Part shown: one piece after another, positions 27,527-39,000 of the stretch
Layout of the letters: each line of letters begins with the position of its first letter
How positions within the stretch are numbered: the first letter of the stretch is position 1
Virus record (IMG/VR): IMGVR_UViG_3300020478_000003
Location: 1-64,000 of that record
Reading direction: 5' to 3' (one strand)
DNA: 64,000 bases
Origin: a virus
Notes under the pieces: generated by a model
Databases searched by the model: none
Seen by the model: the letters and a program-made list of their open reading frames with translations, nothing else
What the model was told of the DNA's origin: nothing
Program-made: the position numbers and the translations under genes

Positions 27527-30500
27527 ATGCACTACACAGGTCACACCTTCAGTTTAAAAGAGTTGAACACTTTAGAACATCAAAAAAGTGCTTTTATTGA
27601 ATCTTTAAATATTAAGCTGGATGATCCCGAACTTTTAGTTAAAGATTTGGCATTGATGCTCCGTTCTCTTGAAGTGATGGAAAATTTAGAGCATCTTCCC
27701 GAATTTAAAACTTTTTTACTTAAAATTGCAGACACAGCGGCAGATTTTGTATCTCCCACAGAGATGATACCTAATGGTGGGATGGATATTACTTATGAAA
27801 CTGCAAACTTAGTTACGAATAGTTCATTTGCCGCCGATGCTTTTGAGGTAGAATTGCTCAAAAATGCTGGCTTTGATTCTCCTGTAGATATGACCCAGCC
27901 TTGGGCGAATGGTATTGCATACAAATACGATATTCTTTATACTGAAGGTACTCAAATAGTACAAGCATATAGTGACGGATTACAAGTAGCACTTGCTTGG
28001 TTTGAGGCTCCTTTAAAAGCAAACACACAATATAAATTTGCATACGATCTAATAGTTAGTGATGTAAACTGGGATTTACCAGACGGTGCTGTTAATATGG
28101 TCGACCAACTGGCTCCCGATACAGGAACGTTCTCTGAACAAGGTGGTGGACCAGACCCAAAAACATATATTTGTTCTGTTCTTGAAGATCCGAATCTTGT
28201 TCGTCCAACTTGTGATGGTGTTGAAGTTCAATGGGATACTTCAATTGCTCATATGGAAACTACTTGTACAGGTGCTGGTGGAACTTGGTTTGAAGGAAAC
28301 ATTAATGACCCAAATACACAAGCACATACGCTCGTACCTTATCACTTAGAAGCAAGAGAAGGCGACACAATTATTTTTACAAATCCTTCCACTTCTATTT
28401 TAGTTCACAATGCAGTTTCCGATGATAATATTTCTTTTGCTTCTCCTGATTTAAATCCTGGAGAAGATTGGGCTTGGGTAGTTGACGGTTATCACGATCT
28501 ATATTTCCACTGTACTTTCCACCCTCTTGAAGAAGGACGACTCACAAGTACGACAAATCACAGATTTGTTTATTCTATTGATCACGCTTTAAATCCTGGT
28601 GATACAATCAAAGTTCCAATCAACTACGGAACAAATGATCCTCTACCATCGTTAAGTAATTCATATCCAATTAACATAGCAATGCCTCAAACTTGTACTT
28701 CAATCGGAGGTGCAGGTAATCAGAATGTTATAGAATCACTTTATCACAATCTTTCACTTGATGATATTGTAACATTTCAATCTGGTGATGTTGAAACTAA
28801 TCCACAAGCTGGTGTTCCAGTAGATGTTTTATTTTCTGGTGGAGCAGATGATAATACAGTACACGCAATTGCTAATACGACTGTATCTGGTGGTGTTGTA
28901 ACTGATTTACAACTCGTAAGTATTGGTTCTGGCTATATTAGTATTCCAACAGTATATATTACTGGTGGAGGCGGAGCAGGTGCCACAGCAACTATTGAAT
29001 TTAGTGGGATCCTTTCCGATATTTCAGTAACAGATGTAGGTGTTGGATATACATCTCCTCCTACTGTAAGTATTTCTGCACCTGATGTTGCGACTATTCC
29101 TGATGGAGCAGGAGGACAGCAGGCTAGTATACAAGCTACAGCCACGTGTCAAATTACTGCCGGTGGAGAAGTTGATTTTATTACGATTGTTGAGCCTGGT
29201 ACTGGATATCACTCTCCTCCAACAATATCACTCGTTGGTGGTGGTCCTACTGTAACAGGAACAGTAGAAGGTACACTTAATGGTGCTGTTCTTGCAATTA
29301 CACTAACTTCAGGTGGAACTGGATATGGTTCAGGATCTAATGCTGTTCCAGTGGGTGAAAGAAAATGGGAAGAATTTATTGTTACCGCAGTACAAAAAGG
29401 TAATGCAAGAGTAGATGTATTTTTCAATGATGAAAATAATATAGGACACGTACATACTGCCGAATTGACTACGGCTGAATATGCCGCAATTCAACTTGGA
29501 AATCCAACAGTTGTTATGAGTTCTACGGATGGTGATGGATCAGGTGAAAATGCGCCACACGCACACTCTGTAACATATGATTGGGATCCTGCATTAAATA
29601 ATGGTGCTGGAGGAATGTATGTTGTGGGTATGTCAGGTTCGCATACACACGGTATGGATGCTTACTACGATATTAGTGGTGGAACAAAAATTGAACTTAC
29701 CAACTTCGGTCACTATCACGAACTTTTACTCGATACAACCGACGAAGCTACGCTTAAAGCAAATCCTCTTACTGGAATAACACAAGATAATGACGGAACT
29801 TGGAGTGCTACAGGTGGAACAACATTAATTCGTACTTCTGATTATGGTACTTCCGATCCACAGCATTTTCATACATTAGAAATGGGTTGTTCCGATCCGG
29901 CAAATGATATATACCTGATTATAGCAATCGATCAGCATATTCACGATTTTGATAGAGTTTGGTATCCAGGATCAAGTCAATTCACAATTGGACATTATAA
30001 CTTTGCACTTGGAGGTGATGATCTTAATCCAACATCTATCACAACTCCTATTACAGATGTTCCTGGATATGTTAAGAAATTACGAGGTATCGAAAGTGAT
30101 ACTCACGGATTAGAGGCTGGAGACAGAGTACATTATCAGAATATTTACAATGGTATTCATCACGGTAACACAAACTACTATGTTGATTATGTTATTGATC
30201 AGGATCACTTTGTACTCACAGAAACAGTAATTTATCCTTTAGAAAATGCACCAGGAACTACTCCAACAGAATACAATGTTGTAGAAGAATATACAGTAGT
30301 TACCGATATGGCATCATATCGATTTGAGGTTGATAGAGATTTTACAAACCATTTTGGTGATCCCTTTGTTTCTGGAGTTGAAATGCTCTGGTCACGACCA
30401 CGTACTGTTAAATCGAACAATCACGGATTAAGTGTTGGTGACATTGTTCAATTACCTTCTGGACCTCTCCCATATACTCCTACAGAATTACCTGGAGAAA

Positions 30501-33500
30501 TGAGAGATCACGTTGTAATTGCTCTTGGTGATGGCTATGGACCAACCGATAACTTAGAAATTACAGTAGACACAGCGGCATCAATAACATTTGCCGATCC
30601 AAACACTACGACTGTCGAAGGTGCTCAGGATACTCCTTGGTATTGGAGCTGGTGGGATAGAAGTGATCCTTCCTATTTTCCTTATCAAAGAGATGAAGCA
30701 GTCCACGCAAACTTAGGAGGTAACGAAGGTATTGTTGGTGGATTTGATGTGTTTAGAGGTGGTACTTATACATTTATTAATAATGCTTGGCACCACACTG
30801 GTTATGCTACAATGATAGATCCTTTCACGGGTGCACCTATGTCAATGTATTTGCACGCCGCGGGTATTAAAGCAATACCTGGAGCAGGATGGGATAATCT
30901 AGTTCAAGCAGGAATGACAAGAGGACTGGGTGATCCAGATGAAGGGTATCATTGTATCTCTAAAAATGCAAATCACGGATTAACAATTGTCTCAGGTGAT
31001 CATAATGAATTCATAAGTACAGACGAAGAGCCTGGTACTTGGGTATCAAATCAATCATTTCCAGAATGTATGGCATTAGATGGTTGGTGTGAAGCACTAG
31101 ACGTAGATGGATGGTACTATAATGGCGTAGATGATTACTCAGCTTGTGAAGCATTAAATCCTGGGTTTGGTGATGTTGGACTTCCTCAGTGGAGAGCATC
31201 ACAATGGATTGGTAACTTCTCAAAAGAATTTACTTGGAAAATCCCAGAAGATTTTGGACTTACAGGTGCAGACGGGCAGACTGGATTTGGACCATTTAAT
31301 CCTCCCGGTGCAGTCAACGGATATTATGCAGTTACTTCAGATCAAGGATTATACAAATTTGACAAAGAAGGAATGATTGAAGGTACTAATCGTACAATCA
31401 ATCTATATCGTGGTGGTACATATCGATTCAGAGTTAATGCTCCAGGACATCCTATGTACATAACTACTGATGATGGTTCTCATTTTACACCCGGTGCATA
31501 CTTTGGAGAATATCTATTAGGTGTTTCAGGAACACGGGCTGAAGAAGGTGCTGGAGATCAAAATTATACTGGTTCATCCCCATTTGGACTCGATGGTTCA
31601 GGTGTTGAAAAATACGAAGTATTAGAATTTACTGTACCTTCAGTAGCACCAGATACATTGTATTATCAATGTGCGTGGCACGCCTCGATGATAGGAACAC
31701 TTAATATTATTGACATACCTGTAGTTAATGCAGGTGATGATATTCACGTTTATTATCATCACGGTCAAGATAATATGTATACTCCGATACACGTTTTAGA
31801 TAAGATTCTTGTAGATAACGGATCAAGTCCTAATTACTTTCAAGTTCAACCAGAACCAGAACACGCATTTCCTGTAGCAGGGACACAAGCAGATATTCTA
31901 GGAACTGGTAATCTGGCGACAGCAACCGGCCCAGGTGATACACCAAGTATTCAAGCGGCAAACATCGAACTTGGCTCCGAGCAATATATTGATCCTGTGA
32001 CTATGATTCCTGGTATTGGTTCAGAACAATTTCTTGTTACAAATCAATATAACGGAAATGCCGTAGTTTATATGAGTACCGATATTGACAAGAGAGCAAA
32101 TATTGCCCTAAATAACGTAACTTTCAAAGAAGTTGTTTGGACAGAAACTGGCTCTTGGCAAGTAGGAGGAGGTTCAGCGTGGACATCCACTACAGAAGCA
32201 GGATATCTTGAACAACTCATAACTGGAGCACTTACCGAAGGAGTTACATACGAAGTTCAATATGATATAACCGAAGATTTCAAAGATGATTTTGGTGCAC
32301 CTAGTGGAACAATTACTGCTTCTATTATAGGAGACACTACGGTTACACTTACACCCAACACATTAGTTGGACATTATACTGAAACAATTACCGCACCTGC
32401 GAATACTACTACATTCAGATTAGATAGTACAGGAATGGGTAAGATTGATAATGCTTCAATTCGAGAACGTGTCACTGGTCAAAATGCTTGGTATATGGGT
32501 GAAGGATGGAGTTCAACGGCTGGAGCTAAAGCATATATTGATGGTTCAATAGCATCTCCTACAGAAATTAGTCAAACAGTTGCATTTGATGCAGGAAAAT
32601 TATACGAAGTTAAGTATAATGTAGCAGATATGGATCCAAATGATGACGGTATGACTGGACGATTGAGAGTTACCCTTGGGCATAATCCTAACAATCTTAT
32701 TTCAAACTGGAATTTTGATATTATTGATACTGCGGCAGTAAACTGGGCATTCAGTGGAGTTGATGTATCTATCGTTAATGAGAAAATGGAATTTCTCTCT
32801 TCAGTCAACGGTACAGCAACATACACACTTGCAAGTTCCCTTGTTAAGAATGCTCATTACGAAGTTACGCTTGATACAACATTACAGACTCATAACATTT
32901 ATATATTTACTGTTGGTCCAGGACCTAGTGGTTCTCACTCACATACTTTCCAGATTACTCAGGAAGATGCTGATTGGTTGATGGAAGATGAAACTAGAAC
33001 ACGAGCATTTCCACAATCGGATGCTTATCACGCAGAAACTTATACTCACGAATTTACTCTTTCTTATGCTACAGTAAATCAAGAATGGATATTAGTGAGT
33101 CAAACTATTCCTGAAGGACACGAAGATTTAGCATTGACCTCTACGGTGACAAATAATCCATCTATAGAAATTATATTAGATTCTGTTGTTCTAGCTACAG
33201 TTACAGAAAGCGGAATTCACCATCTTGATATAATTGGAGAAAATACTGCTGATTTTGTCGTTAGAGTAAACGGTACAGGTTCTATTGATCATATTAAATT
33301 GTTTGAAGAAGAAATTCCAATTTTAGATTACGATTCTACTGGACTTGTTCATCAAGGAGAAGTGGTTCATCACGTAAGAGCGGGATCGCACGATTCTCTA
33401 ATTCACTTTATTGCGGATGTAGATAATAACAGACCAGAAGAAAATAATCCATATTATCTTCAGACTGGTTGGGAAGGAAGTATTGATGAAGTTTCGGTTC

Positions 33501-35935
33501 GAGAAATCGAAGAGAAATGGACATTTGCTCCTCAGCAAGGAGCTTCTGCTTATGTAGATCAAATAGCAGGACAAATTTATACTGCTGGAACTGGAACTTC
33601 TGCAAGAGGAATTGCTCATATCAGTTTTGAAATAATTGATCAAATGAGTTATAAGGTAAACTTTAACGTAGATAGACCTACTGATTCTATAATTAAAATT
33701 GGACCATCTCCCGATACCGATACTTATGGTAGTATGGTTATTGCCGCAAACGATACGGATGGAGATAAAGATTTTGTCTTTAAGGCTCCAGTAACTGGAG
33801 TTGCATACTTAACACTCACAACAACTGGTAATGGATTCACATACTGGGATAATATTTCAGTTAAGACTATTCCAAATCTTTCATCCGATGAATATTTGCT
33901 TCTTGCACGTTCATTGAATATATTTGGAGTACCTATTGGTGGAGAAGAGAGATGGAAAGTTCAGCATATGGATATGGAGAATTTAGATTATGCTGGAATG
34001 CCAATTGCAGGATTACGTACACTAGAATCATATGGTGAATCAATAATTGAGGATTACTATGATGTCAATAAGCGACAAACAGATATATTGAATCCACCTA
34101 TCCGAATTGACAGTTTGAGTGTTGAATTTGGATTTAGGGCAATTGCGGCAGTAAATCCGTCTTGTTCTGATTTTAATACTCAAGCTAGTTTACCAGCTTA
34201 TACTTCAGCGGCAGATTGTACTCAACCTAACGGAATATGGTATGCTGAAGTATTTGAATTCTGTTCGGATGCAACTTATACTACTGAAGTCAATTGTATA
34301 GAACCTAACGGTACTTGGTCCCCAGGAACTTGTTCTGGTGGAGGATTTACAGAACAAGGAACTTGTCTAGCCGCAGGAACTTGTACTGATGCCGCCTATA
34401 ACAACAATCAAGCAATGTGTCTCGGTGCAGGAACTTGTGATAATAGCCTGTACAATAATAATGAAACACAATGTATGAATAATGGTGGAGCTTGGACAAG
34501 TGCAGGAAATAGTTTTACTCCGGCTGGTTATACTTGGACCCCAGGAACTTGTTCTGATATTGCATTTGGATCTCAATCTGCTTGTGAAGCACCAAGAGCA
34601 GTATGGACTCCAACAGTTGCGGCTCATTGTAAAGAATCTCTCGGTGGAGCACTTGCTCCGGCATTCACAACTCAGTCGGCTTGTGAACAACAAAGAGGAA
34701 TTTGGGATCCAACGCTTGTTAGTGCAATGAATGGAGATGAAATAGAAGCAACAGGAGAAGGTATTGATATAAATTGGGATATAACAATTGGAGGTGTTTC
34801 ACAGATCACATCCGCAATTCTACTACCTAGCAGAGTTAAATATGAAGTTACGGTAGATACTCCTTTAGGAGGACAAGAATGGAAGATCACTAATACTGCA
34901 GGAGATTATTTTACTTATCCTGATCCATTTGTTGTAAATGATCCTATGAGAATCATTACGATTTATCAGCCTGATCCTCAAATAGCTCCTAACGGAAAAG
35001 CGTATGGGGAAGATCCATCTTCTCCAAATCACGGCACAGCCGCTGGTGGACAATTTGCGGCAAACGAAGCAGAATTTTACATATATGGAATTGGATTTGA
35101 TCCTGCTTCTACTGTTAAAGTTCAAAAATCTTCCTCTGATGATATGCCTGGAAACTATGCAGTCGGAGGGGATAATACCACTATCTATGAAACTGGATCG
35201 GGAGTAATAGCTACCTATGTTTCTTCTACAGAAATAAAAGTACATCTTACTACAAGTGATATTCCAGCAGGACACGATGCTAGTTTAGGTTCAGCCGGTG
35301 GATGGGGTGTGATGTATTATGATGTAACAGTAACAAATCCTGATGGTCAGACATTCACAGAAAAAGCGAATGCAGTACCAGGAAGTTATGCTGGAGAATG
35401 GATAACAGTCTCAGATGGTAAATATTCCGGAATTACTCCGCCTGTTCATTCAAATCAACCATTCCCAGAATATGCTGTCATTGGATGGGACCCAAATCGA
35501 TATTCTTCTGGTAACGGAGTTAGAGTTTTCGGATATACTTTAGAGCCAGCAGTTAGAATTCAGCAGATTTCAAATAATTTGATGGAGACTATGCCGGATA
35601 TTTTTGATTTGGGAACAAATCCAGAATGGGCACCAGCTGGAGTTGTATCAGCTACAGAATATGAGATGCAAGTAATGGGAGCTTCAGACGATGGAGCTGG
35701 TAATCAATCTTGTGTGGTAACTTTAGTTCCTGCAGAAGGCACAGGCTTAGTATATACACCTGAAATTGCGACTGCCGCAAATGCGACTGCCGTAAGAATT
35801 ATCAACGGTGCGGTAGATGTGAATACTGGGTTATATCCACCACACGGAAGTTATGATATAATATTAACCAATGATGACGGTTCATACGATATAGTGAAAA
35901 AAGGTTTTCATTATGGTCCTGGTCCTTGGTCATAA
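27527..35935 (+). CDS. Giant multidomain fibre/appendage protein (cupredoxin domains, HxH modules, GSGY repeats, CBM-like jelly-rolls, Cys repeats, IPT-like C-terminus)
   Basis: 2802-aa ORF. Motifs include HNAV..YFHCTFHP, GHPMYI..YYQCAWHASMIG, GSGY..P.V.I.GGGG.GA.A, N.NFD..YEV...IDNxSxRE and YYDVTVTNPDGQ. Confidence 0.75.
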   Translation: MHYTGHTFSLKELNTLEHQKSAFIESLNIKLDDPELLVKDLALMLRSLEVMENLEHLPEFKTFLLKIADTAADFVSPTEMIPNGGMDITYETANLVTNSSFAADAFEVELLKNAGFDSPVDMTQPWANGIAYKYDILYTEGTQIVQAYSDGLQVALAWFEAPLKANTQYKFAYDLIVSDVNWDLPDGAVNMVDQLAPDTGTFSEQGGGPDPKTYICSVLEDPNLVRPTCDGVEVQWDTSIAHMETTCTGAGGTWFEGNINDPNTQAHTLVPYHLEAREGDTIIFTNPSTSILVHNAVSDDNISFASPDLNPGEDWAWVVDGYHDLYFHCTFHPLEEGRLTSTTNHRFVYSIDHALNPGDTIKVPINYGTNDPLPSLSNSYPINIAMPQTCTSIGGAGNQNVIESLYHNLSLDDIVTFQSGDVETNPQAGVPVDVLFSGGADDNTVHAIANTTVSGGVVTDLQLVSIGSGYISIPTVYITGGGGAGATATIEFSGILSDISVTDVGVGYTSPPTVSISAPDVATIPDGAGGQQASIQATATCQITAGGEVDFITIVEPGTGYHSPPTISLVGGGPTVTGTVEGTLNGAVLAITLTSGGTGYGSGSNAVPVGERKWEEFIVTAVQKGNARVDVFFNDENNIGHVHTAELTTAEYAAIQLGNPTVVMSSTDGDGSGENAPHAHSVTYDWDPALNNGAGGMYVVGMSGSHTHGMDAYYDISGGTKIELTNFGHYHELLLDTTDEATLKANPLTGITQDNDGTWSATGGTTLIRTSDYGTSDPQHFHTLEMGCSDPANDIYLIIAIDQHIHDFDRVWYPGSSQFTIGHYNFALGGDDLNPTSITTPITDVPGYVKKLRGIESDTHGLEAGDRVHYQNIYNGIHHGNTNYYVDYVIDQDHFVLTETVIYPLENAPGTTPTEYNVVEEYTVVTDMASYRFEVDRDFTNHFGDPFVSGVEMLWSRPRTVKSNNHGLSVGDIVQLPSGPLPYTPTELPGEMRDHVVIALGDGYGPTDNLEITVDTAASITFADPNTTTVEGAQDTPWYWSWWDRSDPSYFPYQRDEAVHANLGGNEGIVGGFDVFRGGTYTFINNAWHHTGYATMIDPFTGAPMSMYLHAAGIKAIPGAGWDNLVQAGMTRGLGDPDEGYHCISKNANHGLTIVSGDHNEFISTDEEPGTWVSNQSFPECMALDGWCEALDVDGWYYNGVDDYSACEALNPGFGDVGLPQWRASQWIGNFSKEFTWKIPEDFGLTGADGQTGFGPFNPPGAVNGYYAVTSDQGLYKFDKEGMIEGTNRTINLYRGGTYRFRVNAPGHPMYITTDDGSHFTPGAYFGEYLLGVSGTRAEEGAGDQNYTGSSPFGLDGSGVEKYEVLEFTVPSVAPDTLYYQCAWHASMIGTLNIIDIPVVNAGDDIHVYYHHGQDNMYTPIHVLDKILVDNGSSPNYFQVQPEPEHAFPVAGTQADILGTGNLATATGPGDTPSIQAANIELGSEQYIDPVTMIPGIGSEQFLVTNQYNGNAVVYMSTDIDKRANIALNNVTFKEVVWTETGSWQVGGGSAWTSTTEAGYLEQLITGALTEGVTYEVQYDITEDFKDDFGAPSGTITASIIGDTTVTLTPNTLVGHYTETITAPANTTTFRLDSTGMGKIDNASIRERVTGQNAWYMGEGWSSTAGAKAYIDGSIASPTEISQTVAFDAGKLYEVKYNVADMDPNDDGMTGRLRVTLGHNPNNLISNWNFDIIDTAAVNWAFSGVDVSIVNEKMEFLSSVNGTATYTLASSLVKNAHYEVTLDTTLQTHNIYIFTVGPGPSGSHSHTFQITQEDADWLMEDETRTRAFPQSDAYHAETYTHEFTLSYATVNQEWILVSQTIPEGHEDLALTSTVTNNPSIEIILDSVVLATVTESGIHHLDIIGENTADFVVRVNGTGSIDHIKLFEEEIPILDYDSTGLVHQGEVVHHVRAGSHDSLIHFIADVDNNRPEENNPYYLQTGWEGSIDEVSVREIEEKWTFAPQQGASAYVDQIAGQIYTAGTGTSARGIAHISFEIIDQMSYKVNFNVDRPTDSIIKIGPSPDTDTYGSMVIAANDTDGDKDFVFKAPVTGVAYLTLTTTGNGFTYWDNISVKTIPNLSSDEYLLLARSLNIFGVPIGGEERWKVQHMDMENLDYAGMPIAGLRTLESYGESIIEDYYDVNKRQTDILNPPIRIDSLSVEFGFRAIAAVNPSCSDFNTQASLPAYTSAADCTQPNGIWYAEVFEFCSDATYTTEVNCIEPNGTWSPGTCSGGGFTEQGTCLAAGTCTDAAYNNNQAMCLGAGTCDNSLYNNNETQCMNNGGAWTSAGNSFTPAGYTWTPGTCSDIAFGSQSACEAPRAVWTPTVAAHCKESLGGALAPAFTTQSACEQQRGIWDPTLVSAMNGDEIEATGEGIDINWDITIGGVSQITSAILLPSRVKYEVTVDTPLGGQEWKITNTAGDYFTYPDPFVVNDPMRIITIYQPDPQIAPNGKAYGEDPSSPNHGTAAGGQFAANEAEFYIYGIGFDPASTVKVQKSSSDDMPGNYAVGGDNTTIYETGSGVIATYVSSTEIKVHLTTSDIPAGHDASLGSAGGWGVMYYDVTVTNPDGQTFTEKANAVPGSYAGEWITVSDGKYSGITPPVHSNQPFPEYAVIGWDPNRYSSGNGVRVFGYTLEPAVRIQQISNNLMETMPDIFDLGTNPEWAPAGVVSATEYEMQVMGASDDGAGNQSCVVTLVPAEGTGLVYTPEIATAANATAVRIINGAVDVNTGLYPPHGSYDIILTNDDGSYDIVKKGFHYGPGPWS
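34160..34710 (+). repeat. Tandem array of two-Cys mini-repeats (C.D..Y..Q..C....G.W)
   Basis: About seven consecutive units; GGAACTTG recurs at the DNA level. Confidence 0.8.
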
Positions 35936-35968
35936 TATGGATCATAAGTAAAAAATAACACTGGATGA

Positions 35969-35988
35969 TATAAATAGTATTATAAATA
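35969..35988 (+). promoter_or_regulatory. Tandem T4-type late promoters
   Basis: TATAAATA at 35969-35976 and 35981-35988. Confidence 0.75.
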
Positions 35989-36022
35989 TATCAAGAGAAT
36001 ATAATTTTGGAGATAAATTAAA

Positions 36023-39000
36023 ATGTCAGTAACACTATCAAACATTACTACTGCGGTAGATCCGTTTAACGATATACCCGATATTACATTTGACAGTATC
36101 GATGTATCGGCGTATACCGAAGAAGTAGAGATATATACCAATACGCCAGCGGTAATGATACCGGCTAAATTGAACGCTATGGCGGCTTCAATGAAAAACT
36201 GGTTAAATGATAATGTTTCTGCTCCTTTAGAAAATCAACAAAATACATTTAAAAACGAAGTTGTAGTTAGAACAAATACAGCAATGAATGCTGTGGAAAC
36301 TTATATGAACAATGAAGTTCAAAGTTTCGTAAATACAGTCTTTGTTCCTTGGGCAAACGATGCAGGATTAGTTCTCTCTAATCACGCCAACTTACAAGAA
36401 AGCAATGTAACCACTACATTAAATCAATTACAGGCTGATTATACAGCCCACGTAATATCTCAAGATGCTCTTATTGCTCAAGCCCTTGTAGATATGTTGG
36501 CTAGTCTTTCTCAATATACATCGGGTGCAGCCGATTCTGGTTATACCGTTCATCAAACAAACGAATTACTTGCCGATATTACAATGACTCGGCAGATTGA
36601 TTTTAGCGATTATTTGTATGACCACAATAATGATGTTATATTTGCCCACGAAGGTCCAAACATTACTCATCACATTAATTACAAACCTACTGACGGTACA
36701 GTTTTATCGTTTGGTGAGTCAATGCAAATTTTTGGTGAGCCTCGACCATTCATTCAACATTTAAGATTAGAAATAAGTCCAGAAGATACACCTTCAGTTA
36801 AGCAGATTAAAGCATATGATATTTTTAAGAACACTTCTGCTGGAGGTGTTCATTCATTCAGAGGTACTGGACACGAAGCAGATGGTGAGCCAGCTGTAGA
36901 ATTAACAATCTTGAACAATCTATCCGTTGCTGATACTGATAATCCAGAAATTATCCTGAGACGAGGATCTGAAGCCGCATTAATGTTTGGAGGAATTGAT
37001 AAGGGAGATTATGCCAAATTAGTAGAGATAGATGGTACCACAGTTTACAATAAAGGTGTTGTTGGTAACTATGCTCAAGATTATGACACGATATTATTTA
37101 AACCACATCAATCATACTGCCACGATGGCGCATCCGGAGTAACTGGATGGGGAGTCATAGCCGATGACCACGCAAGTGGTATCGATGGTGACGGAGGAGC
37201 TTATGATACTCCAACTAAATGCGAAGAATATGTAGATAGTTCCGTTGCTCTTTTAGATGATCTTTCCCGTTCTTATGAATATAATATTCCTGGAGAATCT
37301 TATGAATCTGCAATATCTGACGGACTGATTTATAAAGTTTATATCAATGATGATACTGGATTTATTGATTCTTACGCATACTCAATTGATGCTAATGGTA
37401 AAACAGGAACTGGAGCTATACTTACACCTTACTATGATGACGGAGTTTCAGATGTCACAATGACTTCTGGTGGAACTAAATATTCCACTAATACTAAAGC
37501 AAGAATATTTGACTTAGGTGCTGTAGATCAAACCGGTTCAGTCGAAACAAAAGCTACGGCTACTTTTACTCTTAAAGATGGTATGATAAGAGATGTTGGC
37601 TTTACTGATTACGGAGCAGGTTATACTGGATATTGGGAAGTAGATGTTGCCGCTGAAGTTGGTGGTGACGGACACACACATAAAGTTCATTTAACTCAAA
37701 CAGAAGTAAATACAATTATGGGTGGTGGAACTGTTGTTTCAACAACGGTTGATGCTGGTCATACACACGATCAAACTGTTGGTTGGAATGCTTTCAATCA
37801 ATCTTTTGAATTTATTTCTACCACAGGTGCTCACGTTCATCCATTAGAAGTTACCACTCACGTAGTTAATCCCACTTTATCAATTAATGTTGCTACTTCA
37901 ACCGGAGGTCTAGCCGAAGGAACAGTTTATCTTAAAGAAGATGATTCTATAGATTATGTAGTAATGACAAATGGCGGAGCCGATTATGATGCCGCTGATA
38001 CACTTACTATTAGTGGAGGAACTCCTTCAACTCCTGCAGTCTGTACGTTCACACTTGCAAACGGTGGAATTGCAGGCTTTTCAATGGTAGATCAAGGAAC
38101 TGGATATACCGATTCAACCGCAAAAACAGTTGCAGTTAATATTCAAAACGATGCGTTTTCGCCAAGTGTAATTACAGCAAATGTTGGTGATACAGTAACT
38201 TTTACAAATTTAGATATTCAACCACATACAGTTACACATTCGGGTGGAATGTTTGATTCATTAGATATTCCTCAGAATGCTGTATTCTCATACGTTGTTA
38301 CTAAAGCCACAGAATTAACTGACAAGTACGAACTTTACGATACAAATAATACACAAATTACCGCAACTCTTTGGGTTCGTGATAATCCTTGCTACATTGA
38401 TATGGTTACCTCTACTGGAGGTGGACTTTATGGAAAAGCTACGGTTAATGCTAGTGGAAACGTTACGAACATTGCTGTAGAGAGACCCGGAGAAGGTTAT
38501 CAAAATACTGATACAGTTAAAGTAATTGATATATCTGGCGCTGGAGAAGGTGCTTATGCTACTGTGGAGACAGACAGAAGTGTAGGATCAGTTATTATAA
38601 CTAACGGTGGATCTGGCTATGATCAAGAAACAGAAGTTTTTGCATATGATCCTACTGGATTTCCTGATGGTTCTGGTGGTACAATTTATGGTTCAGGAGC
38701 AATTCTGAAACCTACAATTAATACAGAATATCAGGCGGCATATTGTGCAGATCCTCAGTATACAGATCAAGCCGCTTGTGAAGCCGCTTTAAATGTTTGG
38801 TATCCTGCAATTGAACTTGGACAAATTACAGATATAAAAGTACAAGCTGGAGGATCAGGCTATAAAGATATCGAGTTCATAATTAATGATGTGACAGAAT
38901 CTGGATCAGGATGTATTTTAGCTCCAGATCAAAACAATGTAGTTACGGCAGTCAACTTTAGTTCACGAGGCGGACAAGGAACTGCTGGAGGAAACGCATA

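Noticed and set aside
34160-34710. Regularly spaced GGAACTTG repeats as a possible CRISPR array or DGR repeat
   Set aside because: They are short, in-frame, degenerate protein-level repeats. There is no constant 25-40 nt repeat, no adenine-specific TR/VR pair and no reverse transcriptase in the window.
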